DNA of 64,000 nucleotides from an uncultured Clostridium sp. (GCA_948469315.1 CAOKLQ010000002.1:1694-65693); one strand, 5' to 3'; numbered from the stretch's first letter, positions 51,790-63,182 are shown. Numbers and translations are program-made. Notes: a model not told the origin generated them from the sequence alone.

Positions 51790-54217
51790 CTATCCTCTAC
51801 TTATTTGCATATTTGAAGTTTGATTTAGTTCATATATATACGAATCTTTAGACACTTGATTTCTAAAAATAACTTTATCATCACCAAACACAATAATTCC
51901 CTGTCCTGCTGGTGAATCTGTTACATATCTTGCTTCCTCATCACTAATATCAAATATTTTAGAAATTGGTGGTAAGTCTAAAGGCTTTTGTTTTAAAATC
52001 ATAGCAAATTCAGAGTTAGATAATATCTTACGCCCATCCTCATTCTTTATTACATCTTCAATATTTTGTGTAATAATTGTAGGTATTGCATTTTCTTTTC
52101 TTCCTGTTTTGTAAATTTTTGCAATATATTCACTAGAAAATTGATTTGCAAGTAATATATGGAACTCATCAATAAATATCCAGGTATGTTTTCCAAGTGT
52201 TTTATTTCTGTGAAGTCTGTTCATAATATGTTCTAATACAACTAAATATCCAGTTTTTTGGATGCTTGGTGGAAGTTCTGATATATCAAAGGCAATAAAG
52301 CGATTTTTTATTTCTATATTAGTTTTCTTTGAAAATATATCCATTCCCCCTATTACATATCTTTCAATAACTAATGCAAGATTTTTTGCTTCATTTTCTG
52401 GTTGTTTTAATAATTCATTATAAAATCTCTTAAAGTCTGGCTCATATTCTTCATTAAAATTATGTAGTTGATATTCCTCATAAATATTATTAGTACATCT
52501 ATCAACAATCGTTTTTTGTTCTTCCGACAATCTTGAAAAAAGTGATTCTATAAAAGCAAGTACAAATTCTGATTTACTTTTAATTGCTTCTTTATCATTT
52601 TTTTCATATTGCAAAGAACTATCAAATGGATTTATATAAGTATTTGCATTAGTGCTTATACTTAATGATTGCCCTCCAAAAGCCTTAATTAAAGGATAAT
52701 ATTCTCCGTTGTGGATCAATCACACATACATCATCTTCTGGGTATCGTAGTAATACTTGTTCTATTAAGAGTTTTATTGAAAATGATTTTCCTGCTCCAG
52801 AAGTTGCAAGAACACATCCATTTCCATTTAGCAGTTTCTTTCTATCACAGAATACTGGATTTTTGGAAACAAGATTTATTCCATAAAAAATAGAATCTGG
52901 GTGCATCAAGTCCTTTGTGTTAAAAGGAACATTGGTAGCAGTAGATTCCGAAGTTAATGATCTTTGTATTTGTAAATTATTCCAACCAAATGGAAGGCAG
53001 TTTTGTAATCCTTCTAATTGTTGCCAATCCAAATTATATACTATAATTGAATATTCACTTGCAATATCTTTTACTACTTTTGTAGCTTTGTTTAATTCTT
53101 TTAAAGAATCTGCTTGAATACATATTAGAGCATTATTAGTAAATAGTTTTTGTTTTTTCTTTTGAAGTGCATCTCGTAATTCTTGTGCATCACTTATTGA
53201 ATCCTCTAGTTTTTCATCTAATACTGCCTCATAAGAGTAATTGTTTTTATTAGCTTTTTTAATTTTTTCTAATCTTTCAGTTTTCATTCCAGAGATTTTC
53301 TTATTTACTGTTTTTATTACTTTGGCTGGGTTTTCTGGAGTAATATTCAAAGTTGTTATAATATTATAGTTGCTTAATGTTGTTATTCTATTATAAAATC
53401 GTGGTGTAATTGATTTTGGCAATTTACTAACATATACCACTCTTATAAACTTATTCTCACCAATTTTTATATAATTCTTTTCTCTAAAAGAAACATCTTT
53501 CTTTGCTGCAAGAACATCATAAATACTCAAACCATTTTCTTTTGCATATTGAATAAAATTATTAATTCCATTTTCTTCTGGTAGTTTTTCATTAAATATA
53601 TTATATAAATAACTTAATCTTTCTAATAGCCTTACTCTTGTTATCTTGGATTTTAACTCTTTAAATTTTTCTTCTGATTTTAGTTGATATTGAAGAAATA
53701 TATCTTGTGCTTCTTTCATATTTTCTGCTTTTGTTGTAATTACAACTTGTCTTTTCTCACATAAAATTTCTTCTTTATCTCCTATTGATAATTCAATAAG
53801 AGAATTAAATTCATTTGCAACTTTAGATTCATTCTCATTTAGGTTATTGTCTTTATAAATAAAATTTTGCTTATAATCATTTGTTTTTACTGGTGTTCCA
53901 AAACAAATAACTTGAATATGATCGTTATAATTAAAAGAATGTAGGAATCCAACCCATTTAAGAAAAATATTTTCTTGTTCTTCATAATTTGCTTTTGCAA
54001 ATGAAATGTCTTGATATTCAAAACAAACAGAGTAATGCGTATCATCTAATTGTATAATTGAATTTTTTTCATTAAAGTCTTTGAAAAATGTACGTATAAT
54101 TTGTGGAGTAGTTCTTGGCTTTGCAATTTTATATTTATTTGCAATATTTCTTATTATAGTAAATAAAAAAAATTCATTTTTTTCTTTATCTTTTTTACTT
54201 TCTTTTACCTTTTTCAA
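51790..54217 (-). CDS. virB4: VirB4-like conjugation ATPase, with +1 shift at CGGA 52708-52705
   Basis: ATSGAGKS Walker A; IDPQ-GEY restored by the shift; INPFD, IFIDEFH Walker B, ITQN; joined length 808 aa. Confidence 0.92.
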
Positions 54218-54219
54218 TG

Positions 54220-54468
54220 TTATTCCTCCTTATAATCTTTAAGGAGATTGGCAATGTTATACCAATCTCCCTCTTTTAATCTATTAAATAAATTTGTATA
54301 AGTTAATTCGCCACAATATGGCTGTTTCTTTACTAATCTTTTAAATTTAGTATAAAATATTACCTTTGTTGCTAAAATTGGATGCTTATTATGAAAAACA
54401 CGAATCCATTTAGCATTGTAATTATTTAGATAATATTCTAATAATGCTTTTTCCCATTGTCTTTTCAT
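54220..54468 (-). CDS. Small hypothetical protein in tra operon
   Basis: 82-aa ORF tightly packed between prgI and virB4. Confidence 0.55.
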   Translation of the reverse strand: MKRQWEKALLEYYLNNYNAKWIRVFHNKHPILATKVIFYTKFKRLVKKQPYCGELTYTNLFNRLKEGDWYNIANLLKDYKEE

Positions 54469-54472
54469 TGTA

Positions 54473-55084
54473 TTACCTTTCCAACAATTTCAAAAGTGCT
54501 TCCTGTTGCTCTTTTGATAGTTTTGATAATTTTTCTGATAATTCATCTTTACTTGAATTGTTAGTTTCTTTAATATTGTCTACTTTTGTTTCTGTTTCTT
54601 CTTTTATAATTTCTTGTTTAGAGTTTTCCAGCTTTATTCCATATTTCTTTTTAGCCTTTTCAAGCATCTTTGCTTGTTTTTGTTTCCTTTTTATTTCTTT
54701 AATTTCAGATTTTGTAGTTTTAGAACTTTCAATCTTTTTTGATTTTTTCTTATTTTTCTTTTGATGTTGAAGCATATACTCCTCATCAGTTATATAATGT
54801 ATAGGCTTTGCAAAAAGAAAATAGTGTCTAAACCAGTAAGGAATTATCTTTTCGGCTGGTAATTCGTGTATTTTAACAAATCCTATGAAACCTAAAATTC
54901 CAGCTATTGCAATAACTATATAACTTGTTGCTTCCTCTCCAATTTTATCTTTTAAAATTAAATATGTAGGAACAACTGTAAGTATAATTAAAATTGCAAA
55001 TATCCATTGCCTAATATTAAAGAAATATATCTTTTCTTTATAATCTTTTATTTCATCAAATACTGTAATTTCTATATTATCCAT
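54473..55084 (-). CDS. PrgI family (VirB3-like) protein
   Basis: EIKDYKEKIYFFNIRQ plus two TM helices. Confidence 0.8.
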   Translation of the reverse strand: MDNIEITVFDEIKDYKEKIYFFNIRQWIFAILIILTVVPTYLILKDKIGEEATSYIVIAIAGILGFIGFVKIHELPAEKIIPYWFRHYFLFAKPIHYITDEEYMLQHQKKNKKKSKKIESSKTTKSEIKEIKRKQKQAKMLEKAKKKYGIKLENSKQEIIKEETETKVDNIKETNNSSKDELSEKLSKLSKEQQEALLKLLER

Positions 55085-55086
55085 TA

Positions 55087-55914
55087 TCAATGACCTCCTG
55101 TTAATTTCTCTGCAAACTGACTTGCATATTGTATTACTGCTAAATACATTCCATTTAAAAATAGCATCGCAACTATTGTTGATATTGCATTAGTCGAGCC
55201 TACTGTACTACTTAATCCTGCAAGTCCAATAGAATAAATATTTGTTGCTAAATATATAATTACTGCCTCTAATCCAACACTTGCTGCAAAAAGGAAATAT
55301 TGAATTGCTTTGCCTCTACCTTCATCATCAGCAGCAAGTGCAATAGGAATTGGAGCAAAGGCAAAGCATAATATTAGTTTTACTACTCTTAAAAATATTT
55401 GTGTTAAAATTTGTACTATTGTTGTCATAAATGGAATGAATAGTATTAAATACAGTCCATAGGTCATAATACTATCTACAAATCCATCTGGTACTGCATT
55501 TATTAAAGTATCTGCAATGTTAATTGAAGAATTACTATTATTTATGGCGTGTGTAATACTAACAAAAATGTCATTTGTTATATTCATAATACTAGATAAG
55601 AAATCGTATCCGTGTTGAATAAAATATTTTAGTAAAAGAAATGAAACGAAAGCCATTACTACTCGTTCCCAACTTATTCTCTCAACTTCCATTGATTTCT
55701 TAATTAGGTTAATCATAAAGAAAAGTATTAAAAGGCTTAATGCTATTGGAACGATAACATCATTGACAGTTTTTCCAATAGACCAAATATTGATTCCCTT
55801 AACACTAGAAAAATTTGTTAATTTCTCTATTGTACCAATTAAATTTCCACTATCTATTTCAATTCCGAAAACTGTAAATTTGAAACTATATAGAATTCTT
55901 ATAATTCCATCCAA
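55087..55914 (-). CDS. VirB6-like polytopic conjugation membrane protein
   Basis: Multiple TM helices, R...L.....FAPIPIA; position in tra operon. Confidence 0.75.
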   Translation of the reverse strand: MDGIIRILYSFKFTVFGIEIDSGNLIGTIEKLTNFSSVKGINIWSIGKTVNDVIVPIALSLLILFFMINLIKKSMEVERISWERVVMAFVSFLLLKYFIQHGYDFLSSIMNITNDIFVSITHAINNSNSSINIADTLINAVPDGFVDSIMTYGLYLILFIPFMTTIVQILTQIFLRVVKLILCFAFAPIPIALAADDEGRGKAIQYFLFAASVGLEAVIIYLATNIYSIGLAGLSSTVGSTNAISTIVAMLFLNGMYLAVIQYASQFAEKLTGGH

Positions 55915-55927
55915 TTATTTCTCCTCC

Positions 55928-56246
55928 TTATAATCCAAATATTCCTTTAGATTGTGCTATTGCAACTAGCATAAACCCAGCCATAAGTGTCATTAAACCT
56001 CTTGATTTACCTTCTGCATCTTCCCTTTGCCATCCGTAGTGCAAACATTACACCACCAACCAAAGCAATAACGCCACCAATTTTAGTTAGCCAATCACAA
56101 GCAAAATTTATAAATTCATCAATAGATCCTGTATTAGATGCTGCAAAAACTCTTGATTCTGCAAGAATTAAAGTTCCCATTGCACTTGTTCCAATAACAG
56201 TAAATTTTTCTTTTAATTTTCTAAATAATTTTTTTATCTTTTTCAT
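55928..56246 (-). CDS. VirB2/Maff2-like pilin, with +1 shift at CGGA 56036-56033
   Basis: The shift gives FAL-GWQREDAEGKSRGLMTLMAGFMLVAIA...GIFGL* (second TM), with the stop abutting the next RBS; 105 aa. Confidence 0.8.
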
Positions 56247-56333
56247 AATCTTTTTACCTCCAATTAAAAAGAGATAAATCCTTTTAAATTAGCAAAGTAA
56301 GCCAATTTCAAGATTTATCTCTTTCTTATTCAA

Positions 56334-58302
56334 TTATTTTTTTATTACTAAATCCTCAAATTGGATTACTCCAGTCTTTTTAAGATTTTTCAGATCGTTT
56401 TTATCAACCTCTTTTATCTCTAATTTTTCAATAGGAACAGCAAATGGTAGACCAGAATCGCATAATATCTTGTAGTCTGCGTTAATACCATATTGCAATT
56501 CTCTTTTGTGATTATATAATTTTTTACCATTGTGTTCTCGTGGCTCATATAAGTCAGAATAGTTTGGATGTTCTTTCAAATTATAAAGTTTAGAATAGAA
56601 AGCTCCTATCCCTGCTATAAATAATACACAATTACCACTAGGCATTTTTGATAACTCATCAAGAGTGGCTAATTCTCTACCAACTACATCCCAATTAGTA
56701 GAAGATGAGCCCTGTCTTGCATAAGTTCGCCCAGATGATTTTTTATACCAAGTTTTCTTGCCAAGTAATGCTACTAAATATTCTAGTGTTTCTTTACTCA
56801 TACCTCCAAGAAATAAAGTGCTATCACAACAATCTAATACAGATTCCCAACTATCTTTATACTTTTGTTTTAATTGACTTAATGATTGTAAACCTACAGT
56901 AATTCCAACATTTAAACCTCTTAAATATGCAAGTTCTTCAACAAATCGTGGTATTTCTCCTAACTGCGACCACTCATCCATATAAATTTCAAGTGGAGTT
57001 GCTAAACTTCCACCACACAACTTTGCATTTTCATCAATAATTTCAAATATCTGTGTATAAAAAATACTAGCCAAATAGTTGAATGTATTATTACTAGGTT
57101 TCGTTATTACAAAATAGGCAATTTTACCATTACCAATAGGCTTACTAGATTCACTATTTATTTGTTTTAATAATGGAGAATTGTCATCTAATGGCATACC
57201 TATTCTGTTAAGTTCCATTGTATCAGTTTCAGTCATATTTGCAATTTCCTTAATGTTAAATGAAGCTAATCTTGCAGTTGCAACCATTATAATTGTTGAC
57301 ATCATTTTTGGTGCAGATGCTGCAACTTTAAAATGCTTGTACTGTTTCACTCCTATTGCTTCTGGCTCATCTTTGGCCCAATTATCAAAAAGTCTATCTA
57401 AATTTGAAACACCAGTCGAATCTGGATTCGATAAACGAATTAAATTTAAAACTGTTGTAAAATTCTGATGAGCCTTATCATAGTGGCGAATAGTGTAATA
57501 GAATAATGCTTGAAGATATATCATCTCTGCTTTTTCCCAAAATGGATCTCCAGAAGTATTTTGTATATTTTCGCTTTTAGTATTTGCCATTATTGTATTT
57601 ATTAAGCTCATTACATCATCTTCTTGTATAGGATGTTCTTCATCATAATAACCAATATTATTATGATTTTCTTTAATATACATAAGTGGATTGTAGCAAT
57701 CAGAACAAGATTTATCATCAAGATTAAGAACTTTTATTGTATATCCTTTTTGCTTTAATGAATACCCACAATCTCGAAGCAACTCTCCGTTTAGGATCGG
57801 TTACAATTATTGTTCCATTTGCATTTAAGATATTCGGCTTAAAATAATATCTTGACTTACCACTTCCAGGCCTACCTATTAAAATAACGTGCCTATTCAT
57901 TTTGCTAATTTTCATATTTTTAGAAATAAGTTCTGTCTGTGTTAAAATCATATTATTCTCAAAATTCTTATCTCTTTTATCTTTTATATCCTTTGCAGTT
58001 TTCCATTCAGCAGAGCCATAAGTATTTTCTTGTATGTTCTTTTTATTTTGCATTTTATATGTTTCATAAAGCATTAAAGCAAAAAAAGACACCCCAATAG
58101 ATACAAGAATATTATTTCTTGAAAAATCTATTGGAGTGTTTATTTTATATAATTCATTCAAAGCAATAGTGAAATAGTCTAGCGACCAATTTCCACCATT
58201 GCTAGATACCAGAGTTGTTACTCGTAACATATAATAACCTATGATTGCAAAAACTATTACAAATATTACTTTTGAACTCTTTTTATTTCTTTTCACCAGC
58301 AT
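56334..58302 (-). CDS. virD4: VirD4/TraG coupling protein, with +1 shift at CGGA 57789-57786
   Basis: GRPGSGKS Walker A, TDPK-GEL restored by the shift, YNPL, DPFW, MDEW, LQSLSQL; joined length 655 aa. Confidence 0.92.
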
Positions 58303-58323
58303 ATTTATCTCACCTACCTTCTT

Positions 58324-58743
58324 TTAATAATCTAAATTTATTGTTTCCTTTTCATTAACTTTATCTGGAGTAATTATATGAATATTCTCTCTTGCTTTTA
58401 TTTCATCAAAAGTATAATCATCCCAAGTCCAACCTATAGAGCCAAAATCATATACTTCTTTTGTTCCATCTTTTGTATTTATAGTCTTTTTCTCTGCTAT
58501 ATCTGTTGCAATAACTTTGTCATTTTCCAGTGTTTTACAAATATAACAATCTGTATATTTATCATATATAATTTGAAAATCTTTTGTAGAAAAGTTGTTT
58601 ACAAATAGTTCTGCAATACTTCTTTCAAAGTATGGTCTAGCCCATCCATTCCAACGCTCATTTTTTATATGATAGCCTTCATAGTATTCACTATTTCCTA
58701 TGTTAAAATATGCTTTTTCTTGTAAATTCTCCATTCTAATCAC
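58324..58743 (-). CDS. Hypothetical ICE protein
   Basis: RWNGWARPYF motif. Confidence 0.7.
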   Translation of the reverse strand: MIRMENLQEKAYFNIGNSEYYEGYHIKNERWNGWARPYFERSIAELFVNNFSTKDFQIIYDKYTDCYICKTLENDKVIATDIAEKKTINTKDGTKEVYDFGSIGWTWDDYTFDEIKARENIHIITPDKVNEKETINLDY

Positions 58744-59980
58744 CTACCTCTTTTTCATCTGTTATATTTATTTCAATATTTTTATCTTCTGTAATAGTAT
58801 TAGATTTTGCAACTTCTTTCTCTAATTGTTCAAATATATTATGCTTTTCCAAATCCTCATTCACTACATTTCTTTTTTTTTCCTTTTCTGCAAGTTCTTT
58901 TACATCATTTTTAAGAACAGTCCAAATACACTCATTTTCATTTCTTTTCATAATATAATTTTTACCACTTAATGTTTCATAAGTTTGTTTTTCTTGCTCT
59001 CCAACTTTAGTTTTAAAAGAAATAAGCTCATCTTGCGATTTTATATTCCATTGGAGATTTTTATTGTCTGATCCATATACTCGAATTTGTCCTGCATTGT
59101 TAAATCCAAGTTCTGAATATCTTTCTAAATGTTTATTTTCAAAATATACATTTGCAGTTTGTTTATCTTCCTCCTCATCTACAGTTACTCGTAATCCATA
59201 AGGTATTTCTACTGCATCTAGCTCATCTTGAATACTCATAAAAGAAGAAAAAGGCATTGAATGAATACAAAAATCTTTTGTAAACTCATCAATTCCTACT
59301 TCACCAATTTCGTGTAGGTGTAATTTATCAGATAGATCTTTAAGTTGTTGAACATTTAAAGCCATTCCTTCTTCTTTTGCTTTTTCAATAGCAACCTGTG
59401 TATTTTCATCAAATAAATCTTTTGATATTCTAGTTCTATATTCAATTAAATCTGCAATTCTATCATTCATATAGCTTTGTTTAGATTTATTAAAATATAT
59501 ATTATATCTTTTATTTTGATGTGATTTTACTTGTTCTGACTGTTTTTCTTCATATACAGACATAAGTTTATTTATATGTAAAAATTTTGCTATTTTAGGA
59601 AAATGTGCTTTGAAATCGCTCAAATTCTTCAATCTTCTAGCATAACGAGTTATTCTTTTTTGTTGAAATAGAGATTTTTTCTTACCAAATTCACTTTTAT
59701 CTGTAGTTAATTTTCTCTCACTTGCAACAACTCTAATACCATCCTTTTGACATTTTTCCATTACTCTAATAGTTTCATCATAAGACAAGTTAGTTATTTT
59801 TTCTAGTTCCTTTGTTGGTCCATCTTTTTGGACTGCTTTTATTCCTTCAACAAAATAATGATAACTAAATATTGAAAAAGGTTTTAAGATATATTTAAAA
59901 AAGTCTTTTATCCCTGTTTTAGTTGCTCTCTCAGCTCCTTCGTAAACTTGTGTTGCATCACTTTTATTAGTAGCTTGCAC
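58736..59980 (-). CDS. Hypothetical ICE protein
   Basis: 414-aa ORF between primase and virD4. Confidence 0.75.
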   Translation of the reverse strand: MQATNKSDATQVYEGAERATKTGIKDFFKYILKPFSIFSYHYFVEGIKAVQKDGPTKELEKITNLSYDETIRVMEKCQKDGIRVVASERKLTTDKSEFGKKKSLFQQKRITRYARRLKNLSDFKAHFPKIAKFLHINKLMSVYEEKQSEQVKSHQNKRYNIYFNKSKQSYMNDRIADLIEYRTRISKDLFDENTQVAIEKAKEEGMALNVQQLKDLSDKLHLHEIGEVGIDEFTKDFCIHSMPFSSFMSIQDELDAVEIPYGLRVTVDEEEDKQTANVYFENKHLERYSELGFNNAGQIRVYGSDNKNLQWNIKSQDELISFKTKVGEQEKQTYETLSGKNYIMKRNENECIWTVLKNDVKELAEKEKKRNVVNEDLEKHNIFEQLEKEVAKSNTITEDKNIEINITDEKEVGD

Positions 59981-62357
59981 TTGGAATCACCTCTTTCTCC
60001 ATTGAAATTTCATATAGTTTAAAATATTTATGATAGAAGTCATCTAAAGTTAGTCTTGACATCCATTTTTTAGTCTTTTGTGTTTCATCTATTGCATATT
60101 CGCTCATATTTGCAGAATTTGAATGAGAACTTAATATTTGCAATTTATCATTATCTTTCCTATATAGTTGTTTTGGAATAAATACTTGTGTTCCACTATC
60201 AATAGGCAAATAAATTCCCTTATATGATTCTTTTTCATTACCAGACAACTTGATAAAAATAGACATATCTTTATTACTTTTTGCAGTTTCAACTTGTGTA
60301 TTTTGTAGTTCATCTTGTTGTTTTTCTTTTACTATTTCCTGTGTCTTTTCAAATTCTTCTTTTGTATCTTTAATTATATTTTCTGGAGTTAATCCTAAAA
60401 TATTTTTGTTGTTATTGAATACAAGCAATGTCTTATACTTATCATTGTTTACATATTTTCTACTTAAAGCAGATTTCATATCTTCTGGGTATGCAAGAGC
60501 ATATCTTACTGCTTCCATAACATTTTCATTTTTAAATCTTTCTATTGCCTGTTCTTTCATTGCTTCTACATAAGTTTTAGGAAATAATCTAGCAAATTGT
60601 ATGGAATTGTTTGCAATATACAATTCTTCATATTCATCTGGACTATTTTCTATTAGTTCTTTTACACTAGAATCAAAACTTTCCTCATATTGCTTTAATA
60701 CAATATCTTTTTGCTCTATTGTTAATTTTATATCTACTATATTACCATCTGCATCATAGCTTTTCACATTGTCTAGTAGTTTCTCTAATATAAATGCTTT
60801 ATCTTCTTTGAATTTTATATAATCATCCGAAGTATAGATATATTCATTTATATATCTTTTAATATCTATTGTGTTTTCGCCATCTTTCAAATAATTTTCA
60901 TTATTTAGTGTTTTCTCAATAATTTCTTCACTCAATGCGTTAGTTTCAAGATACTTTTGTAAAATTCTATCTTGATGATCTATAGCATATTTTTTTAAAT
61001 GATTCATTATAAAATAGTAAAAATATAATCCTTTATATCTTTCTACTCTGGATAATTGTTCAACTTTTTTAGGCATAATAATATCTTCAACCTCCTCACT
61101 CTTAAAATTCGTATTGGCTACTATATATTCTTTAAAACGAATAATATCTTTTGTATCTTTAATTAAGCCATCTTTTTGCATCTTTTTATAAATTGCATAT
61201 ATATTATCAGTATTTAGTTTTTGTTCTTGTAAATACTTGTTTTCAAGCAAAAAAATAAAGGCTGACACCTTTGTTTTATAAATATCCTCTTTTTTGATAT
61301 TTGCAACTTGTAAATCACCAAAATCTTTGTATTTACCATCTAATTTTGATATATTTAATACATTTACTTCTAGTCCTTCATTTAATAATTCTGGTATTAC
61401 TCTAATCATAGCATTTTTACCAGCATCATCATTATCAAGTGAAAGAGTAATTTCGCATTTTAGTTTTTTTAGTAATTCAATTTGTTCTTTTGTTAAGGCT
61501 GTTCCCATTATTCCTACAGTATTTGCAAATCCCCTAGAATTAGCACTTATAACATCCATATATCCTTCAACTACTATTATTTCATAATCTCTAGCAAAAG
61601 ATTTCGCTTTATGATAATTAAATAATAATTTGCTTTTACTAAAAATTTCTGTTTCTTTTGTATTAAGATACTTTGGTTTTACAGAATCATATATTCCTCT
61701 TGCTCCAAATCCAACTGGATTACCAAATTCATCAAAAATTGGTATGGTTATTCTTAAATTAAATACATCTGCGTACCCATAATATTCATTGACTTCTTCT
61801 GTTATTCCAGCAGCCTTTAAATCTTCTACTTTATACTTTTTTCGCAAATTACCAGTCATATAATAAGCATCAGGATTATATCCTATATGGAAATTCTTAA
61901 TTATTTCTTCTGGCAAATTTCTTTTATGTAAGTATTCGAGTGTTTTTTTCCCTTTAATATTATTTACTTCTAATTCATCTTCTGAAAGTCTAATTGCATC
62001 CTTTAGAATATTAGATAATAACTTTTTTCTCTTTTGTTCTTCGGTTAGCGATACGCTATTATTTTGTGGAATAGCAATGTTTAGATGTTGTATATCTATT
62101 GCCTTTTGCATTGCTTCTAATGTACTAATAGAATTGTGATTGATTTCAGTTTCATACTTTTGTATGAATGATATTGCATTTCCTCCAGAGCCACAAGCAA
62201 AACATTTGGCAATACCTTTATTGGTATTTACCATCATAGAAGGATGTGTATCATTATGAAAAGGGCAAGTACATTTATTTCTACTGACTTTTAATCCATA
62301 ATATTCAAGAATATTAACTATACTCGAACTTGATAATATTTCATCATAAATACTCAT
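59967..62357 (-). CDS. DnaG-type DNA primase (element-borne)
   Basis: CHC2 zinc finger CPFHND..PS...CFACG; GFGAR, KYLN; Toprim VEGYMD, LDND.AG. Confidence 0.92.
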   Translation of the reverse strand: MSIYDEILSSSSIVNILEYYGLKVSRNKCTCPFHNDTHPSMMVNTNKGIAKCFACGSGGNAISFIQKYETEINHNSISTLEAMQKAIDIQHLNIAIPQNNSVSLTEEQKRKKLLSNILKDAIRLSEDELEVNNIKGKKTLEYLHKRNLPEEIIKNFHIGYNPDAYYMTGNLRKKYKVEDLKAAGITEEVNEYYGYADVFNLRITIPIFDEFGNPVGFGARGIYDSVKPKYLNTKETEIFSKSKLLFNYHKAKSFARDYEIIVVEGYMDVISANSRGFANTVGIMGTALTKEQIELLKKLKCEITLSLDNDDAGKNAMIRVIPELLNEGLEVNVLNISKLDGKYKDFGDLQVANIKKEDIYKTKVSAFIFLLENKYLQEQKLNTDNIYAIYKKMQKDGLIKDTKDIIRFKEYIVANTNFKSEEVEDIIMPKKVEQLSRVERYKGLYFYYFIMNHLKKYAIDHQDRILQKYLETNALSEEIIEKTLNNENYLKDGENTIDIKRYINEYIYTSDDYIKFKEDKAFILEKLLDNVKSYDADGNIVDIKLTIEQKDIVLKQYEESFDSSVKELIENSPDEYEELYIANNSIQFARLFPKTYVEAMKEQAIERFKNENVMEAVRYALAYPEDMKSALSRKYVNNDKYKTLLVFNNNKNILGLTPENIIKDTKEEFEKTQEIVKEKQQDELQNTQVETAKSNKDMSIFIKLSGNEKESYKGIYLPIDSGTQVFIPKQLYRKDNDKLQILSSHSNSANMSEYAIDETQKTKKWMSRLTLDDFYHKYFKLYEISMEKEVIPSASY

Positions 62358-62803
62358 ATCTCAATTTCTTCCTTATTTTCTTCTAAAGTATTGTATTTTT
62401 CTTGATATAAAATATCAACAATATATCTATCATCAAATTCTCTTGTAATATTAGGATATTCTAAATTTTGCTCCCCTTCTTTTGTAGAATCAAAATGATG
62501 TTCATCATAATCTTCTTTATCCTCGCCAAGTCTATAAAACCTGTAAGAATAATCTGTTTCTTTTAAAAATCTCAATCCTTCCATAATTGCTACTACACTA
62601 CTATTAGTGTATTCTTCCCAACCTTTATATTTATTCCAACCAAAATAACATTGTCTATTGCTTCTGTGTTGTAAATCACATTTTTCTAAAAGATTCTTTA
62701 TTGAATCATCATTCATATTTTTATTTATATAACTATTTACAAACTGTTTTAACTTTTCAAAACCATTTATACTTGTAACTATTCTAATATCTGATTTACT
62801 CAT
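62354..62803 (-). CDS. Hypothetical ICE protein
   Basis: F.RLGED..D motif; GGAGG RBS. Confidence 0.7.
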   Translation of the reverse strand: MSKSDIRIVTSINGFEKLKQFVNSYINKNMNDDSIKNLLEKCDLQHRSNRQCYFGWNKYKGWEEYTNSSVVAIMEGLRFLKETDYSYRFYRLGEDKEDYDEHHFDSTKEGEQNLEYPNITREFDDRYIVDILYQEKYNTLEENKEEIEI

Positions 62804-63179
62804 TATCATTACCTCCATTATCAATTAGTTTTAACATTCTTATTGTTTCTTTATCATTGAATTCGCAAATCATTGAAGGCATTGGAATATCCTTATATTC
62901 ATCTTCTAGTAAAGTATTATCATATAACTTAATATAATTTCTATCAATAATACAAATCCTATGTGTTATATTTTTATTGATAATAACAGTTAATAAATTT
63001 TTTAAAAGTCTAAAATATTTAGGATTATCCCACTTAAAAAAATATATATCGTTGATATATTTGCAAGTAGTGTCATTTATTATATCTTTTGTTAATTTTT
63101 TATTATTATGAGATTGTAAAAAACTCATAATTTCTTCATATCCTTTTTTTGTTGTTATAATTCTAACTTGTTGTTGCAT
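62796..63179 (-). CDS. Hypothetical ICE protein (resembles neighbour 62354-62803)
   Basis: Shared RI.T...G.E...F N-terminus and P....EF.D C-terminal pattern. Confidence 0.65.
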   Translation of the reverse strand: MQQQVRIITTKKGYEEIMSFLQSHNNKKLTKDIINDTTCKYINDIYFFKWDNPKYFRLLKNLLTVIINKNITHRICIIDRNYIKLYDNTLLEDEYKDIPMPSMICEFNDKETIRMLKLIDNGGNDNE

Positions 63180-63182
63180 AAC

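Noticed and set aside
1091-57789. Treating the eight split genes as ordinary pseudogenes or random indel errors
   Set aside because: Same base, same codon position, same following codon, always on the coding strand, and no other lesions seen in those genes. A systematic artefact is still possible and is listed as the key check.
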